Below are positions 40,662 to 50,743 of a stretch of 64,000 nucleotides of DNA, in pieces; position 1 is the first letter of the stretch, and each line of letters begins with the position of its first letter. The notes below the pieces were generated by a model, which searched no databases, had not been told where the DNA came from, and worked only from the letters and a program-made list of their open reading frames with translations. The translations under genes and the position numbers were made by a program. Origin of the DNA: a virus; the IMG/VR virus record IMGVR_UViG_3300008448_000004, positions 96,001 to 160,000 of that record, one strand, 5' to 3'.

Positions 40662-42362
40662 TTAAAGAGTGTTAAGGTCGGTGACGTACACCTTAGCGTA
40701 GAATTCAGGACGAACCATTTTCTTAGCGTAGCGAGTCATTAAACCTTTTCTTGGTGTAAAGGTCTCAGGATCGTACACTAGAGGTGTCATGATCAACGGT
40801 ACATAAGGAGCATATACAGCACCAGTCTCAAGGAATTGAGAACCACGTAGACCAAGAAGGATTAAGTTCTCAGTTAAGTAAGGGTTCTTATAAACCTTAT
40901 AACGGCTGTTTAATTGACCAACCTTCTGTACGCCGAATGCATACTTCATAGACTCAGTCTCACCGTTTACATCAGCTGCAAATCCAGGAATAGATTCAAG
41001 GATTGTAGAGATAGCAGGAGAAACCATCATGAAGTTAGCACCACCGCGTAGAGTTCTTTGGTGAATTACGTTAGAAAGCTTTTGAAGCTTAGTTCCAAGT
41101 GTCTGGAACCACTCACCCTGGGTGTTGTAGAAACCACCAGCACCAGCTGCTACGATATTGTAGCTGAAGGTACCATCAGCGCCTGCAGTCCAGAATTTGT
41201 TAGCTACAGCAGACCATACTTCAGTTCCAGCAGATGCATTCTGAATAAGCATATCTAGGATCTCAAGATCGATCTCAAGAGCGATATACTCACCTAACAT
41301 AGAAGTTAGTTCAGCTTCAGCATCGATGTTCTGGAATTTCTCAAGGTCTTGAGCTAATTCCGGAGTCCATTCTGCTTTTAACTTACGAGTCTTAGCAACG
41401 ATACCTTCAGATTCCATTTGAATCTTAATCTCAGGGATTACGATATCAGATGTAGAAGCAGCGTTTGGTACAGAGAAGTTAGCAGAAGCAGGAGTGTCTT
41501 CGAAGTCACCACGCTTGTTAAAGTCGGTTTGCTTAGTGTAGTAAACTACATAATTACCGGTAGCAGCAGTTGCTTCAGCAGTAGAAGCAGAAACGAAGAA
41601 TAGGACGTTACCGCCGCTAAGTCTTGTAAATGCTTGTAGGTTGTCAGCAGACTCGATTGAACCAGAGTTAATGATAAAGCCTCTTACTGCATTAACGTCG
41701 AAATCAGTTAATGAAGAAGTAGGGATAGCAATCTTCTTAACAAGAGTAAGAGCTGAATCGCTACCACCTTGGATTGAAGAAGAGAAAGCTGTATCGTAGT
41801 TCACATCAGAGAAAGAAGCAGAAGCTACAGAAACACCAGAAGCGTTATAAGCTACAGATGCAGAGAATTGGTTAATTGAATAACCAAAACGACCAGCGCC
41901 ATAAAGACCACCTTGAGCAAGGTTGCCGAAGTTAGTAGAATCAGTACCGAAAAGTGACTGACCGCTAACGAAAGGAGTCTTGTTGTTTGAATACTGGAAG
42001 TTTAAGTAGAAGATAAGACCGGCAGGTAGATTCATAGGCTGAACGGAAACGAATTCCTTAGCAGCGATCATACCGAACACCTTTCTTACAAGAGGAAGAG
42101 CGATACCAGCCCACTGCTCACCTACACCAGTTGTGAAGGTTGCACCGCTTGTGCTGTTACCACCAGAGAAGTTAGAAGCAGACTCGACTACAAGTCTTTT
42201 AGCCTGATTCTCAAGCATTACTGCCATGTTTGTTTTGTCATAGCCATCTAGACCTTCTAGAAGACCAGACTTAGCCCACTTACCAGCAAGCTTCTTAGCA
42301 ACAGATTGCTGCTGCTCAAAGCCGTTTGATGTGGATTCTAAAAGAGAGTTAATAGTACTCAT
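40662..42362 (-). CDS. gp23: Major capsid protein (T4 gp23 fold)
   Basis: LPLVRKVF, VSVQPMNLPAGLIF, AKTRKLKAEWTPELAQDL, YAPYVPL, TRYAK. Confidence 0.96.
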   Translation of the reverse strand: MSTINSLLESTSNGFEQQQSVAKKLAGKWAKSGLLEGLDGYDKTNMAVMLENQAKRLVVESASNFSGGNSTSGATFTTGVGEQWAGIALPLVRKVFGMIAAKEFVSVQPMNLPAGLIFYLNFQYSNNKTPFVSGQSLFGTDSTNFGNLAQGGLYGAGRFGYSINQFSASVAYNASGVSVASASFSDVNYDTAFSSSIQGGSDSALTLVKKIAIPTSSLTDFDVNAVRGFIINSGSIESADNLQAFTRLSGGNVLFFVSASTAEATAATGNYVVYYTKQTDFNKRGDFEDTPASANFSVPNAASTSDIVIPEIKIQMESEGIVAKTRKLKAEWTPELAQDLEKFQNIDAEAELTSMLGEYIALEIDLEILDMLIQNASAGTEVWSAVANKFWTAGADGTFSYNIVAAGAGGFYNTQGEWFQTLGTKLQKLSNVIHQRTLRGGANFMMVSPAISTILESIPGFAADVNGETESMKYAFGVQKVGQLNSRYKVYKNPYLTENLILLGLRGSQFLETGAVYAPYVPLIMTPLVYDPETFTPRKGLMTRYAKKMVRPEFYAKVYVTDLNTL

Positions 42363-42386
42363 TTGTTATTCTTTTTTTAAGTTTGA

Positions 42387-43535
42387 TTACTTGGTTTTTT
42401 TAATCCCAGCGAGAACTTGCCAACGGTTAACGATGTCATTTTGTTCTACGATAGGTTGTGCTTTAGCAACCATTCCAGCAGGCTTAGAAGCAAATCCTAC
42501 TGATTCTTTGATAGATTTTTTAGCTACATTGGTTGTAGCGATAGAATCTTGTAATGTTTCGTAAATCTTTTTAGCTTCTTTTACGTTTTCAGCACGATCA
42601 AAAGCATTGATAACTTTTAACTTCTGTGCTTCGCTTAAGGATTTAGCTTTGAAAATTTTATTTACATAAAGCAATTTAGCATTCAATAGGTTTACTTCGT
42701 TCAATTCAGTACGAAGTGTGTTTATTGTTTTAACTGCTTCTTGTAAATCGTGTTTCATTTTCTTAACTTCTTCCATAGCTTTTTCTTCTTCTCCGTGTTT
42801 AGCTTCCATCTTAGGATCTTCTTCCTTGTCAGCTTCTTCTAGAGAGGCAAGAATTTCATCGAGAGTAATCTCGTCAACAGAATCATCGTGTACTTCAGCT
42901 GCTAAATCAACTTCGCCTTCGCCACCAGCTTCTTCGCCAGCGCCAGCTTCAGGTTCAAGAGCACCAGCATCATCTGCAGGAGCACCGCCCATTTGAATGT
43001 CAGAAAGTACGTCTCTGATAATGTCTTTAAGTTCATCGACTGTTAGCTCGGTTACTTCTTCTCCACCTTCAACAGGGCCTTCTTCGCTTTCACCAGCTTC
43101 GTCATCTTCTTTTTCTTCTTTATCGTCAGCGTCGTCATCGTCGCCTTCTTTCTGAAGTTTTTTAGAATCGTCTTCAGCTTCAAGTTCAGCTAAAAGTTCG
43201 TCAAGAGTAACTTCGTCAACTTCACCCATATCATCGCCTTCTTTCATGGGATCTTCGTCATGCTTAGCTTCCATCTTAGCGTCCTTTTTGTCATGTTTAG
43301 CTTCTCCCATGGCTTTTTCCTCTTCGTCATGCTTAGCTTCATCGACAGGCTTTTCTTCCTTGTCTTTTGCTTCGAATGCTAAAGATTCATCATCCATTTC
43401 AGATAGCTTTAACTTGATCATTTCTTGAACTCTAGGACCGAAAGTTTCTGCAATTTGCTCTTTGGCAAGTTCGTAAGCAGATTGGCGCAATGCTTTAGCG
43501 TCAGCAATAGCCTGCTTAATTAAATCGTTTTGCAT
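42387..43535 (-). CDS. Prohead scaffold protein (start 43535 preferred; alternative in-frame ATG at 43613)
   Basis: Highly acidic, EVNLLNAKLLY motif, between protease and MCP. Confidence 0.8.
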   Translation of the reverse strand: MQNDLIKQAIADAKALRQSAYELAKEQIAETFGPRVQEMIKLKLSEMDDESLAFEAKDKEEKPVDEAKHDEEEKAMGEAKHDKKDAKMEAKHDEDPMKEGDDMGEVDEVTLDELLAELEAEDDSKKLQKEGDDDDADDKEEKEDDEAGESEEGPVEGGEEVTELTVDELKDIIRDVLSDIQMGGAPADDAGALEPEAGAGEEAGGEGEVDLAAEVHDDSVDEITLDEILASLEEADKEEDPKMEAKHGEEEKAMEEVKKMKHDLQEAVKTINTLRTELNEVNLLNAKLLYVNKIFKAKSLSEAQKLKVINAFDRAENVKEAKKIYETLQDSIATTNVAKKSIKESVGFASKPAGMVAKAQPIVEQNDIVNRWQVLAGIKKTK

Positions 43536-43552
43536 TTTTACTTTTTTTGGGA

Positions 43553-43613
43553 ATTGCTTATTAGAAGCAATATAAGAATTATAGGTATGTAATGCTACAA
43601 TAGAGGGTAGCAT
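43553..43613 (-). promoter_or_regulatory. Two 7-bp hairpins in the scaffold/MCP leader
   Basis: ATGCTAC-N8-GTAGCAT and ATTGCTT-N5-AAGCAAT. Confidence 0.55.
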
Positions 43614-43624
43614 ATATTTGTACT

Positions 43625-43632
43625 AATAAATA
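43625..43632 (-). promoter_or_regulatory. Putative late motif TATTTATT
   Basis: Upstream of the scaffold leader. Confidence 0.55.
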
Positions 43633-43672
43633 TACCTATTTAAAGGAAACAGTTAATTCTTACGAAACTTTT

Positions 43673-44299
43673 TTATCGTAAGCAACAAACACCTGTCTGT
43701 AGACATATAATATCTCCTAACAGACTATCTACTTTCTTATACTTGTTGAAATGATTGATCTCTGAGGGAGTATAAGATTCTTTTAATACTGGTGTCATGA
43801 AAGAGCCGTAGGTAGAAGGAGTTGAGACAAAATCCCAACATATTAATTCTAGGTCATCTTCTACTTGAACTAGGTTTTCATCAATAGCTGAGACTGAGCC
43901 CATGGCTCTAGAAGATATACCAACTTTAATTCCGTTTTGGAATAAGGTTCTTAATATGTTACCCGAAGGGGTAGGTAATACTTCAATCTTACCGTATAGA
44001 TCGTCTCCATCCCACCATAAGTCTAATATGTTATGAGATGCGTTCTTTAAGTTAACAACAGGAGATTCTGGGTGATCTAATTCACCGAGAGCTCTATTTT
44101 CTGCGATAGGCCCGCGAAGGTATTTCTCTACTTCTCTTTTTAAGGATGGACCGTAAACGCGTCTGTTTGCATTTGGCTTATTCATAGCCTGCATCTTACC
44201 CTGTACTATTAGATTAGCGTTAGGGTTTATTTTTGATTCAAACAGAGCTTGAGGGCTAGGTTGAAAAGGCAAATATTCTATTAAAAGTTGTTTTGACAT
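43673..44299 (-). CDS. gp21: Prohead core protease
   Basis: NANRRVY, ALGELDHP, VGISSRAMGS, WDFVSTPS. Confidence 0.94.
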   Translation of the reverse strand: MSKQLLIEYLPFQPSPQALFESKINPNANLIVQGKMQAMNKPNANRRVYGPSLKREVEKYLRGPIAENRALGELDHPESPVVNLKNASHNILDLWWDGDDLYGKIEVLPTPSGNILRTLFQNGIKVGISSRAMGSVSAIDENLVQVEDDLELICWDFVSTPSTYGSFMTPVLKESYTPSEINHFNKYKKVDSLLGDIICLQTGVCCLR

Positions 44300-44300
44300 A

Positions 44301-45683
44301 TTAGCTTATGTTCTTCTTTATAAAAGATATACCTGCGTCTTTTAGTTTCTTCTCTAATTCAGGATCAGTAGTTTTTCTATACTCACGATCTTCCCCGGCG
44401 CTACCAATCGAGTACTTTAATGCTTCCTCAACGTGTTTCTTAATTATCTCTTTTACCATCTTACGCTTCTCTTCACTTAAGCCACCAGCCTGTGGCGAGT
44501 TTTGATTTACAGCTGCGATAAAATCTTGGTAGCTTTCAACCGGTTCGTCGTAAACTGTTATCGTATCATTATCGGTATCAATACGTATTGCTCCGTCTTG
44601 GTAGCTTAAGTCTAGGATAAGAGTACTATAGTTCTTACCAATAGCTGTTCCTCCTCTAATTCCTTTACCTGCTTTTTCAGCCCATCTTGCTACCTGATTA
44701 ACTAATGGAAGTATACCTCTAGATTTAGCAAATTTTTTAATATTCTCGGGAACAGTAGCTTCTTGTACAGCATCTTCTTCCATTGATGTTGGTGCTGACA
44801 TTTCGTCTCCCATGTTACCTGGGTGTAGATCAGCATCATCGTCATTTAAGAATTGCTCATAGTCATCTAATACATCCCAGTTAGACAAGAGATGTCTAAT
44901 AGCGATTTTACCTTTAGGTGATAAATCACCGTGTACATCTGACCAGCCTACAATTGCATCTTCTAGATCGCTATACAGGTCACTATCTTTTCCCCATTCA
45001 TCAGCTACCTTGTCCAGCATTTGCTGAACTTTATTGAAGTCTTCTTTAATTCCTTTCTTAACCATATCTACAGCCATATCTTCAGAAGAATCGTATGGAG
45101 TTCCCATATATCCTTCCTTTAATTGTTGAACTCCTTCAGGCTTTCCTTTTTTAGCTTCAGACTTACTTAGAGAAGCTTGGACGTTTGCGTCTTCATCTTT
45201 CTTTAATTCCTTTTTAAGATAGCCGTCTGCTTTAGTTTTATTAGTAGTATCAGAAACATTACTCTCTTTGAATTCAATATCAGAAGCAGCCTCTTCTTTC
45301 TTAGGCTTCTCACCAGTTGCAATTAACTTGGTGTAAAATAAAGGATCTTTTTCTAGATTCTTAAGTGCTTTATTAGTTGCTTTATCAAGCTCTGCTTTGT
45401 TTAAAAAAGCAGAATTCCAATCTGGAGCTGCTTGGTAGGTTAATCCTAATTCGAAATTTACACCTTTTCTTAATTCTGCAGGCATAATTTCGTAAGCCTC
45501 TTTAAGAGGGTTTAAAGTTTCAGAGATAATTCCCTTGTTCTTTAACACTCTGACTGTGTCATCGAACGTCATTACGTTAGTAACAAGGTTTTTGAGTCGA
45601 CGGTCTTTTCTAGCACGCTCCATGAACTGTGCTTTATTTATTTTACCGCCTCTATACTCTCTGTATGATTCTGATATAGTCAT
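44301..45683 (-). CDS. Acidic modular internal-head-like protein
   Basis: Repeated (L/I/V/M)-x-E sites; N-terminal KGVNFEL...KNLEKDPLFY motif. Confidence 0.6.
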   Translation of the reverse strand: MTISESYREYRGGKINKAQFMERARKDRRLKNLVTNVMTFDDTVRVLKNKGIISETLNPLKEAYEIMPAELRKGVNFELGLTYQAAPDWNSAFLNKAELDKATNKALKNLEKDPLFYTKLIATGEKPKKEEAASDIEFKESNVSDTTNKTKADGYLKKELKKDEDANVQASLSKSEAKKGKPEGVQQLKEGYMGTPYDSSEDMAVDMVKKGIKEDFNKVQQMLDKVADEWGKDSDLYSDLEDAIVGWSDVHGDLSPKGKIAIRHLLSNWDVLDDYEQFLNDDDADLHPGNMGDEMSAPTSMEEDAVQEATVPENIKKFAKSRGILPLVNQVARWAEKAGKGIRGGTAIGKNYSTLILDLSYQDGAIRIDTDNDTITVYDEPVESYQDFIAAVNQNSPQAGGLSEEKRKMVKEIIKKHVEEALKYSIGSAGEDREYRKTTDPELEKKLKDAGISFIKKNIS

Positions 45684-45699
45684 TTCTGATCTGTTTAAT

Positions 45700-45707
45700 A
45701 ATAAATA
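45700..45707 (-). promoter_or_regulatory. Putative late motif TATTTATT
   Basis: 16 nt upstream of ATG at 45683. Confidence 0.55.
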
Positions 45708-45709
45708 TC

Positions 45710-45838
45710 TTATCGGCCTTGGCCTCTGTAGTTTTTCTCACGTCTATCATGTTTGTTGAAAGACTTTTGAGATTTACCTAACTTTCTTTTTCCGAACGTA
45801 ACCTTGCGGCTATCTCCTTTGCCTGTTGATTTTGCCAT
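45710..45838 (-). CDS. 42-aa basic protein ending YRGQGR (not in ORF track)
   Basis: MAKSTGKGDSRKVTFGKRKLGKSQKSFNKHDRREKNYRGQGR; ATG overlaps the upstream TAA. Confidence 0.75.
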   Translation of the reverse strand: MAKSTGKGDSRKVTFGKRKLGKSQKSFNKHDRREKNYRGQGR

Positions 45839-47880
45839 TACTTAAACCTTTTTATATTTTTGTGTAATGCTGAAACCATTTCTTTAATCTGTGTTAAAGC
45901 TCTTTCTGTATGTACTTTGTATTTAAGTCCATCCTCTCCTTCAGATAGTTCTGTTTTGAGACGGCTTACGTATTCGTATAGTTTGTGAATCTCTTGAACT
46001 TTTCGCTTAACTGCTTTTACAGCTTGATGAAACTGCTCGGGTTTAGTTCGAGTTTTTGTTTCGGTTCTAAACTTAGAATAGTTTTCATTTAGATTTCCTC
46101 CATCTTTGAAAGCTTTATTCAGCATATCTATAACATTCTCTACTCCCCAAGATCCAAATTTTGATATTTGAAGAGCGTTTTTGAGCGATGTTGTTCCTGG
46201 TTCTCTAGTTCCTATTGCTACTCTAAAATCATTCAATCTAGGAGCTCCAGCAGCTTTATCATCTACCATAATCAAGTCCTTATCGCCTAATTTATAGATG
46301 TAAACTGTTCTCTTAGAACCGTATTTATTTACTTGTTGATCTTTATCTACAAGTTTAAAATTTAATCCTTTTTGAGCTGCGTAATCAGTGATCATAGCTT
46401 CTATATTCTTAACAGCCCATTGTTGTTTAGCTTCTTCTATGTTATTTTCGGGTAGCGGTTTTTTCTGCAGTACAAGATTGACAATCATCATTAAGCCGTC
46501 TGCTGTAATATGTCCTTGTCTGTAAGCAGACATTAACGTCTTTTTAACGTCTGGGGCTAGATTGGGATTATTGAGAGTAGCAATTACTTCATCGGTTCCT
46601 GCTGCTTCCATTAATTCATCTTCCCAGCCTTCATCTTCTTCATCTTCTATTCTCTCTACATCACTAGAGTGCATACTATAAACTTCTCCGTCTCTATCCA
46701 TTTCAACCTCAACAAAGCCGCGATGAATAGCAACTATAGTTCCAGTTTCACCGTAGAATTCGTTTCCGTAGACTACTTTAACTCTATCATCTTCTTGAAA
46801 TCCTTCTTCTAAGCCATGTGACTTGTGTCCGACGATTTCATCCCAAGCATCTTGGTCTAGGGTTTTTTTCTGAACTACTCCGGCTACATTCTCCATCGTT
46901 GCTGCCCTTCTCTCGATTTCACCTTTATCCATATACGGATTAGTTTCTGGGCCCCATTCACCTTGACTTTTTAGTTTGCGTATGGCTTGATCAATCTTAT
47001 TTAGCATGTCACCGTACTTATCAGCTACGGGACCGCCTTCTGGTTCTGCTTCTTGCTCCATATCTCTCTCAATCTCTGCTCTCTTTCTGAGCAGCATGGC
47101 AATCTTAGCTTGATTAGGATTTACTTTCCGTACTTGCGGTTTTGGAGCGTCTTTTTTAGCTCTTATTGCCATTAAGACAGGGTCGTTAATACCTGCTTCA
47201 TCAATATGATGTCCTTTCCCCATACCTAAATCAAAAGCACCATCATACTTCCCAGGTTGTTTTTTAGAAGGAACTAAATCTGCTTTAACAGATAGATAAG
47301 GATACTTACCTTTATCGCCTAAAAACTTCCAATCTTTTGGATCACTAGACCCTCCGGTAGATATCCATCCGCTGTCTCCTTTATAGTCATATTTCACACC
47401 CGGTTTTAATTCACTTTCATCTAATGCCTCAGGAAAATGAGCTTGTCCTTCTTTTGTCCATTTCCAGTTTGGAAACTTCTTTAATACATCATGGATAGTA
47501 TTAACTTGTAATTCGTTTGTTCTGTTTCCAGCTCCATCTATTACGTTAATAGAGAAAGTACCTGTTGAAGGTTCAAAGTAAATACTAGAGTCAGTCTTAG
47601 TGTCTGTACCGATGTGAATCTTACCAGCGGCTTCCCACAGCTCTCTATAGTCCATAGCTTTAGCTCCAGGATGAGTGCTATGTTTGAATTTAGCATTAAA
47701 AGGAGCTGAGGTGCTTTCTGTTTTTTTCTTCTTAAAAGCTTTAGGAGTAAAAGTCTGTTCACCAGGTCCGGTCATCGCAGTAGCTCCAGCAGTTGAATTA
47801 CCGCCAGTAAAAGAAGTTTCTTTAATTATTTCATGAATGGCCTTAAAAAGACCTTCCTTGGTAAGTTTAATTTTATTCAT
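45838..47880 (-). CDS. Large modular internal-head-like protein
   Basis: Short domains separated by L/I/M-x-E sites; includes a KOW/SH3-like unit. Confidence 0.6.
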   Translation of the reverse strand: MNKIKLTKEGLFKAIHEIIKETSFTGGNSTAGATAMTGPGEQTFTPKAFKKKKTESTSAPFNAKFKHSTHPGAKAMDYRELWEAAGKIHIGTDTKTDSSIYFEPSTGTFSINVIDGAGNRTNELQVNTIHDVLKKFPNWKWTKEGQAHFPEALDESELKPGVKYDYKGDSGWISTGGSSDPKDWKFLGDKGKYPYLSVKADLVPSKKQPGKYDGAFDLGMGKGHHIDEAGINDPVLMAIRAKKDAPKPQVRKVNPNQAKIAMLLRKRAEIERDMEQEAEPEGGPVADKYGDMLNKIDQAIRKLKSQGEWGPETNPYMDKGEIERRAATMENVAGVVQKKTLDQDAWDEIVGHKSHGLEEGFQEDDRVKVVYGNEFYGETGTIVAIHRGFVEVEMDRDGEVYSMHSSDVERIEDEEDEGWEDELMEAAGTDEVIATLNNPNLAPDVKKTLMSAYRQGHITADGLMMIVNLVLQKKPLPENNIEEAKQQWAVKNIEAMITDYAAQKGLNFKLVDKDQQVNKYGSKRTVYIYKLGDKDLIMVDDKAAGAPRLNDFRVAIGTREPGTTSLKNALQISKFGSWGVENVIDMLNKAFKDGGNLNENYSKFRTETKTRTKPEQFHQAVKAVKRKVQEIHKLYEYVSRLKTELSEGEDGLKYKVHTERALTQIKEMVSALHKNIKRFK

Positions 47881-48752
47881 TACTTACTAACTGTGTTTTT
47901 AAGTTCTTTTACAAGCTCACAGTATTGCATCAAACTAATCAAGTGATCATCTTTGATGTTCTGCTTGTTAGAAATAGGTTGTATATTTTTTAAAACTTCT
48001 TGAAGTTTAATAACGGTAACAGGATTCTCTACCTTACCGCTAAGACGGAGTAGAGTCTGCTTAACTTCTTCTATTTTATTATTTAAGTAAGCTTTTAGCT
48101 TAACCGTATCAGATATGTTGTTGATATACTCTTTCAGTATCTCTTTTTGATCGCTGGATAGAGTATTGTATTTTTCATTAAATTTCTCAACTAAGAACTT
48201 GTAGCTTAAAGCTTTAATTTCTTTTTCTTCACGGATAAAATCTGTGATTGAAGGATCCTCTATATTTTTAACAGCGGGGGTTGTTACATGCTCAAATACA
48301 GTTAGTTTATTAACCATAAGCTGTTCTGTATCGACCACTGTTTTAGCATTTGCTGCTTCAAGTATGGTGTAAATTGCTGCGGATACTTTGTAGTTGTTTA
48401 TCTTAGCTTTGAAAAAGTCGTCTAAGTTGTAATGCTTCTTAACCTCTCGTATTAAGTTAAACTTTTCTTTCTCTAAAATTTCCTGATTTAACTTCTTGCT
48501 CTGCTCGCAGATAGTCGAAATTAGCATCTCTGCTTTAGTCTCTGATAAAGGGTAATTCTTAAGTAGAGTGTTATATAGATTTAATTCTTTTGAAAGCTCT
48601 GTATTTCTAAAATACTTCTTTAATATACTTACTGCTTTAGAATCTCTTGAAGACATCATGTCTGATGTTATCTGTCTTATTAAAAGCTCAAATAAAATAC
48701 CAGTATTTCTATATTTCGAGTGCTTAATACGTTGTTGCATAATAGGTTTCAC
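47880..48752 (-). CDS. Head-block protein downstream of portal
   Basis: IKHSKYRNTGILFELL; helical. Confidence 0.7.
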   Translation of the reverse strand: MKPIMQQRIKHSKYRNTGILFELLIRQITSDMMSSRDSKAVSILKKYFRNTELSKELNLYNTLLKNYPLSETKAEMLISTICEQSKKLNQEILEKEKFNLIREVKKHYNLDDFFKAKINNYKVSAAIYTILEAANAKTVVDTEQLMVNKLTVFEHVTTPAVKNIEDPSITDFIREEKEIKALSYKFLVEKFNEKYNTLSSDQKEILKEYINNISDTVKLKAYLNNKIEEVKQTLLRLSGKVENPVTVIKLQEVLKNIQPISNKQNIKDDHLISLMQYCELVKELKNTVSK

Positions 48753-48765
48753 AGTATTAGTCTAT

Positions 48766-48773
48766 TATAAATA
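48766..48773 (-). promoter_or_regulatory. Putative late motif TATTTATA
   Basis: Between portal stop and next start. Confidence 0.6.
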
Positions 48774-48780
48774 TGTAGGT

Positions 48781-50724
48781 TTACCCGATATCGTCTTTTA
48801 AATTAGATTCGTCTAAAAGACCGCTATCTTTTTTCTCTTCGAAAAGATTAACTTTTCTCCCTTTTATAGCATCAAATACCGCTTTATTTTGTAAGTATAC
48901 CTTTGTTGTGTTTGTATTTTCTAGAGCTAAAGGGGATCCTCCTTGATACTTAGCTCTTATACCTCCTTGTTCGCCATTGGAATCACTACCTGGTAGATCA
49001 GCACGGCCGGTTCTGTCGCGTCCAAGTGGGTCTGCAGCTGTTCCGATAAATGATGCTTTCTCTGTCGGTCTTCCTGGTGATTTTCTAGGTTCATCTTTGA
49101 GCTCATCGTAACCTTGAGGAACATCCCCAGCACCTGCAGTGTAGTTAGCGTTGCCGCCATACATTGCTGCGATCTGGTGAGGAGTACCGTATGCTTGACC
49201 TGTTGCTGCAGGGTCATTACCTTCTTCTTCAATTTGCTTTAATCGGAAAGCTCTCTTCTTATCGGCTACCAGTAAGTCTCTTAATTCATCAAACTTATCT
49301 TCGCTGAACTGGAATAGGTTGTCGTAAATCCAATCAGTAGGTAGTAGGTTATTCTCTTGTAACGCTGCTGCTAGATCTACTGTCTCTTTCCATAGAGCTA
49401 TCATCTCTTGACGATATACAATAGAAGGAGGTGTTAAGGATAGAGAGAAGTTAGTTAAACTCTCATTAGTGTATCCTTGAGTGTATAAATGTACTAGTGC
49501 TATCTTTGTAAGCTCGCTTACTACTATATTCTGTACTCTTTCTACAGTGCGTGCAAAACGAATATCTTCAGCAGCAAGAGTTGCCTTACCTGTTAAGTCT
49601 TTCTCATATCCTAAGAAAGCTTTAGGTATCCTTAAAGCTGCAAATAGTTTATCTCTTAAATAATCAACGTCTTCAATGCCGTTATAGTCTAATCCTTTAG
49701 CTGTATCTATTCTAGTTGATTGATCATTACCTCTAACTGGAATGAAGAAGTCCTCAAGCATGTTTTGGATGTTATACTTAAGGTTGTACTGACCTGTTTG
49801 CGGGTCGATGTAAGGAGTTTTCTTCATCTTAGAGATCATTCTCTGCATATAGTTCTCAACCTCATTCGGTGGAATAGAACCTACGTTAACATAGAATACT
49901 CTTTTCTCCGGTGCTCTCACAATACGATGTATTAACATCGCATCTTCCATTAGAATCATCTGCTTGAAAGTCTTTCTTGCAGGTTCTAGGTATGAACGTC
50001 CGTAAGGTAGGTAGTTAACATCACCTAGAAGTCTAAAGTGAGCCATTTCGTAGTTCTCAAAAACTATCTCTTGAGTAGAGCCTTGTCTTTGGTTGAATAG
50101 CGGAGTATAGCCGGTAGTTACAGATGATGCAATTGCGTTAGGATCGAATCTAAATCTTACATAAGAAGGATTCTTCGGATCAGCACCTTCTTCTCTTATA
50201 ATGACATAAGCAGAAAAAGGAATTACATTATATACTCCAAACTTCTCAGCTATTTCTAGCTTTAAGAAGAAGTCTCCATACTTACACATATTTCTAATCC
50301 ACGACCATAAGTTAAACTCAATATTCATTACGTCGTAGAAAAGGTTGTAAAGTATCTTTTGGATATTTTCATCAGAAGATCTAATCTGTAGAACTTCACC
50401 TTGTTCGTTTTTAATAGTACACTCGTCAGCTAGAACATCAAGAGCAGAAGCAATAATCGCATCTGTATCCATTCCTTCATAGTCTGTATAAAGTTGGAAT
50501 TTCAGAGCTTGGAAATTCTGAATGATATTGTAGTTATATGCGTAGCTGTTAGAAGTTGTGTATAGCCTATTAAATCTATCCACAAGAGAGTTTGTCTGTA
50601 GTACACCGCTTGTCTGTATTCTATCGGTATCAACAACTCTCAACTGATCTCCGCCGACGTTTCTGATGATTACATCGGAAGAAAAAAGTCTTTTAAGGCT
50701 CTTAAAGATATTGTTCTCTGCCAT
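48781..50724 (-). CDS. gp20: Portal protein
   Basis: MEDAMLIHRIVRAPEKRVFYV, MLEDFFIPVRG, AEDIRFARTV. Confidence 0.95.
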   Translation of the reverse strand: MAENNIFKSLKRLFSSDVIIRNVGGDQLRVVDTDRIQTSGVLQTNSLVDRFNRLYTTSNSYAYNYNIIQNFQALKFQLYTDYEGMDTDAIIASALDVLADECTIKNEQGEVLQIRSSDENIQKILYNLFYDVMNIEFNLWSWIRNMCKYGDFFLKLEIAEKFGVYNVIPFSAYVIIREEGADPKNPSYVRFRFDPNAIASSVTTGYTPLFNQRQGSTQEIVFENYEMAHFRLLGDVNYLPYGRSYLEPARKTFKQMILMEDAMLIHRIVRAPEKRVFYVNVGSIPPNEVENYMQRMISKMKKTPYIDPQTGQYNLKYNIQNMLEDFFIPVRGNDQSTRIDTAKGLDYNGIEDVDYLRDKLFAALRIPKAFLGYEKDLTGKATLAAEDIRFARTVERVQNIVVSELTKIALVHLYTQGYTNESLTNFSLSLTPPSIVYRQEMIALWKETVDLAAALQENNLLPTDWIYDNLFQFSEDKFDELRDLLVADKKRAFRLKQIEEEGNDPAATGQAYGTPHQIAAMYGGNANYTAGAGDVPQGYDELKDEPRKSPGRPTEKASFIGTAADPLGRDRTGRADLPGSDSNGEQGGIRAKYQGGSPLALENTNTTKVYLQNKAVFDAIKGRKVNLFEEKKDSGLLDESNLKDDIG

Positions 50725-50730
50725 ATTACT

Positions 50731-50738
50731 TATAAATA
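50731..50738 (-). promoter_or_regulatory. Putative late motif TATTTATA
   Basis: 6 nt upstream of portal ATG. Confidence 0.6.
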
Positions 50739-50743
50739 TTTAA

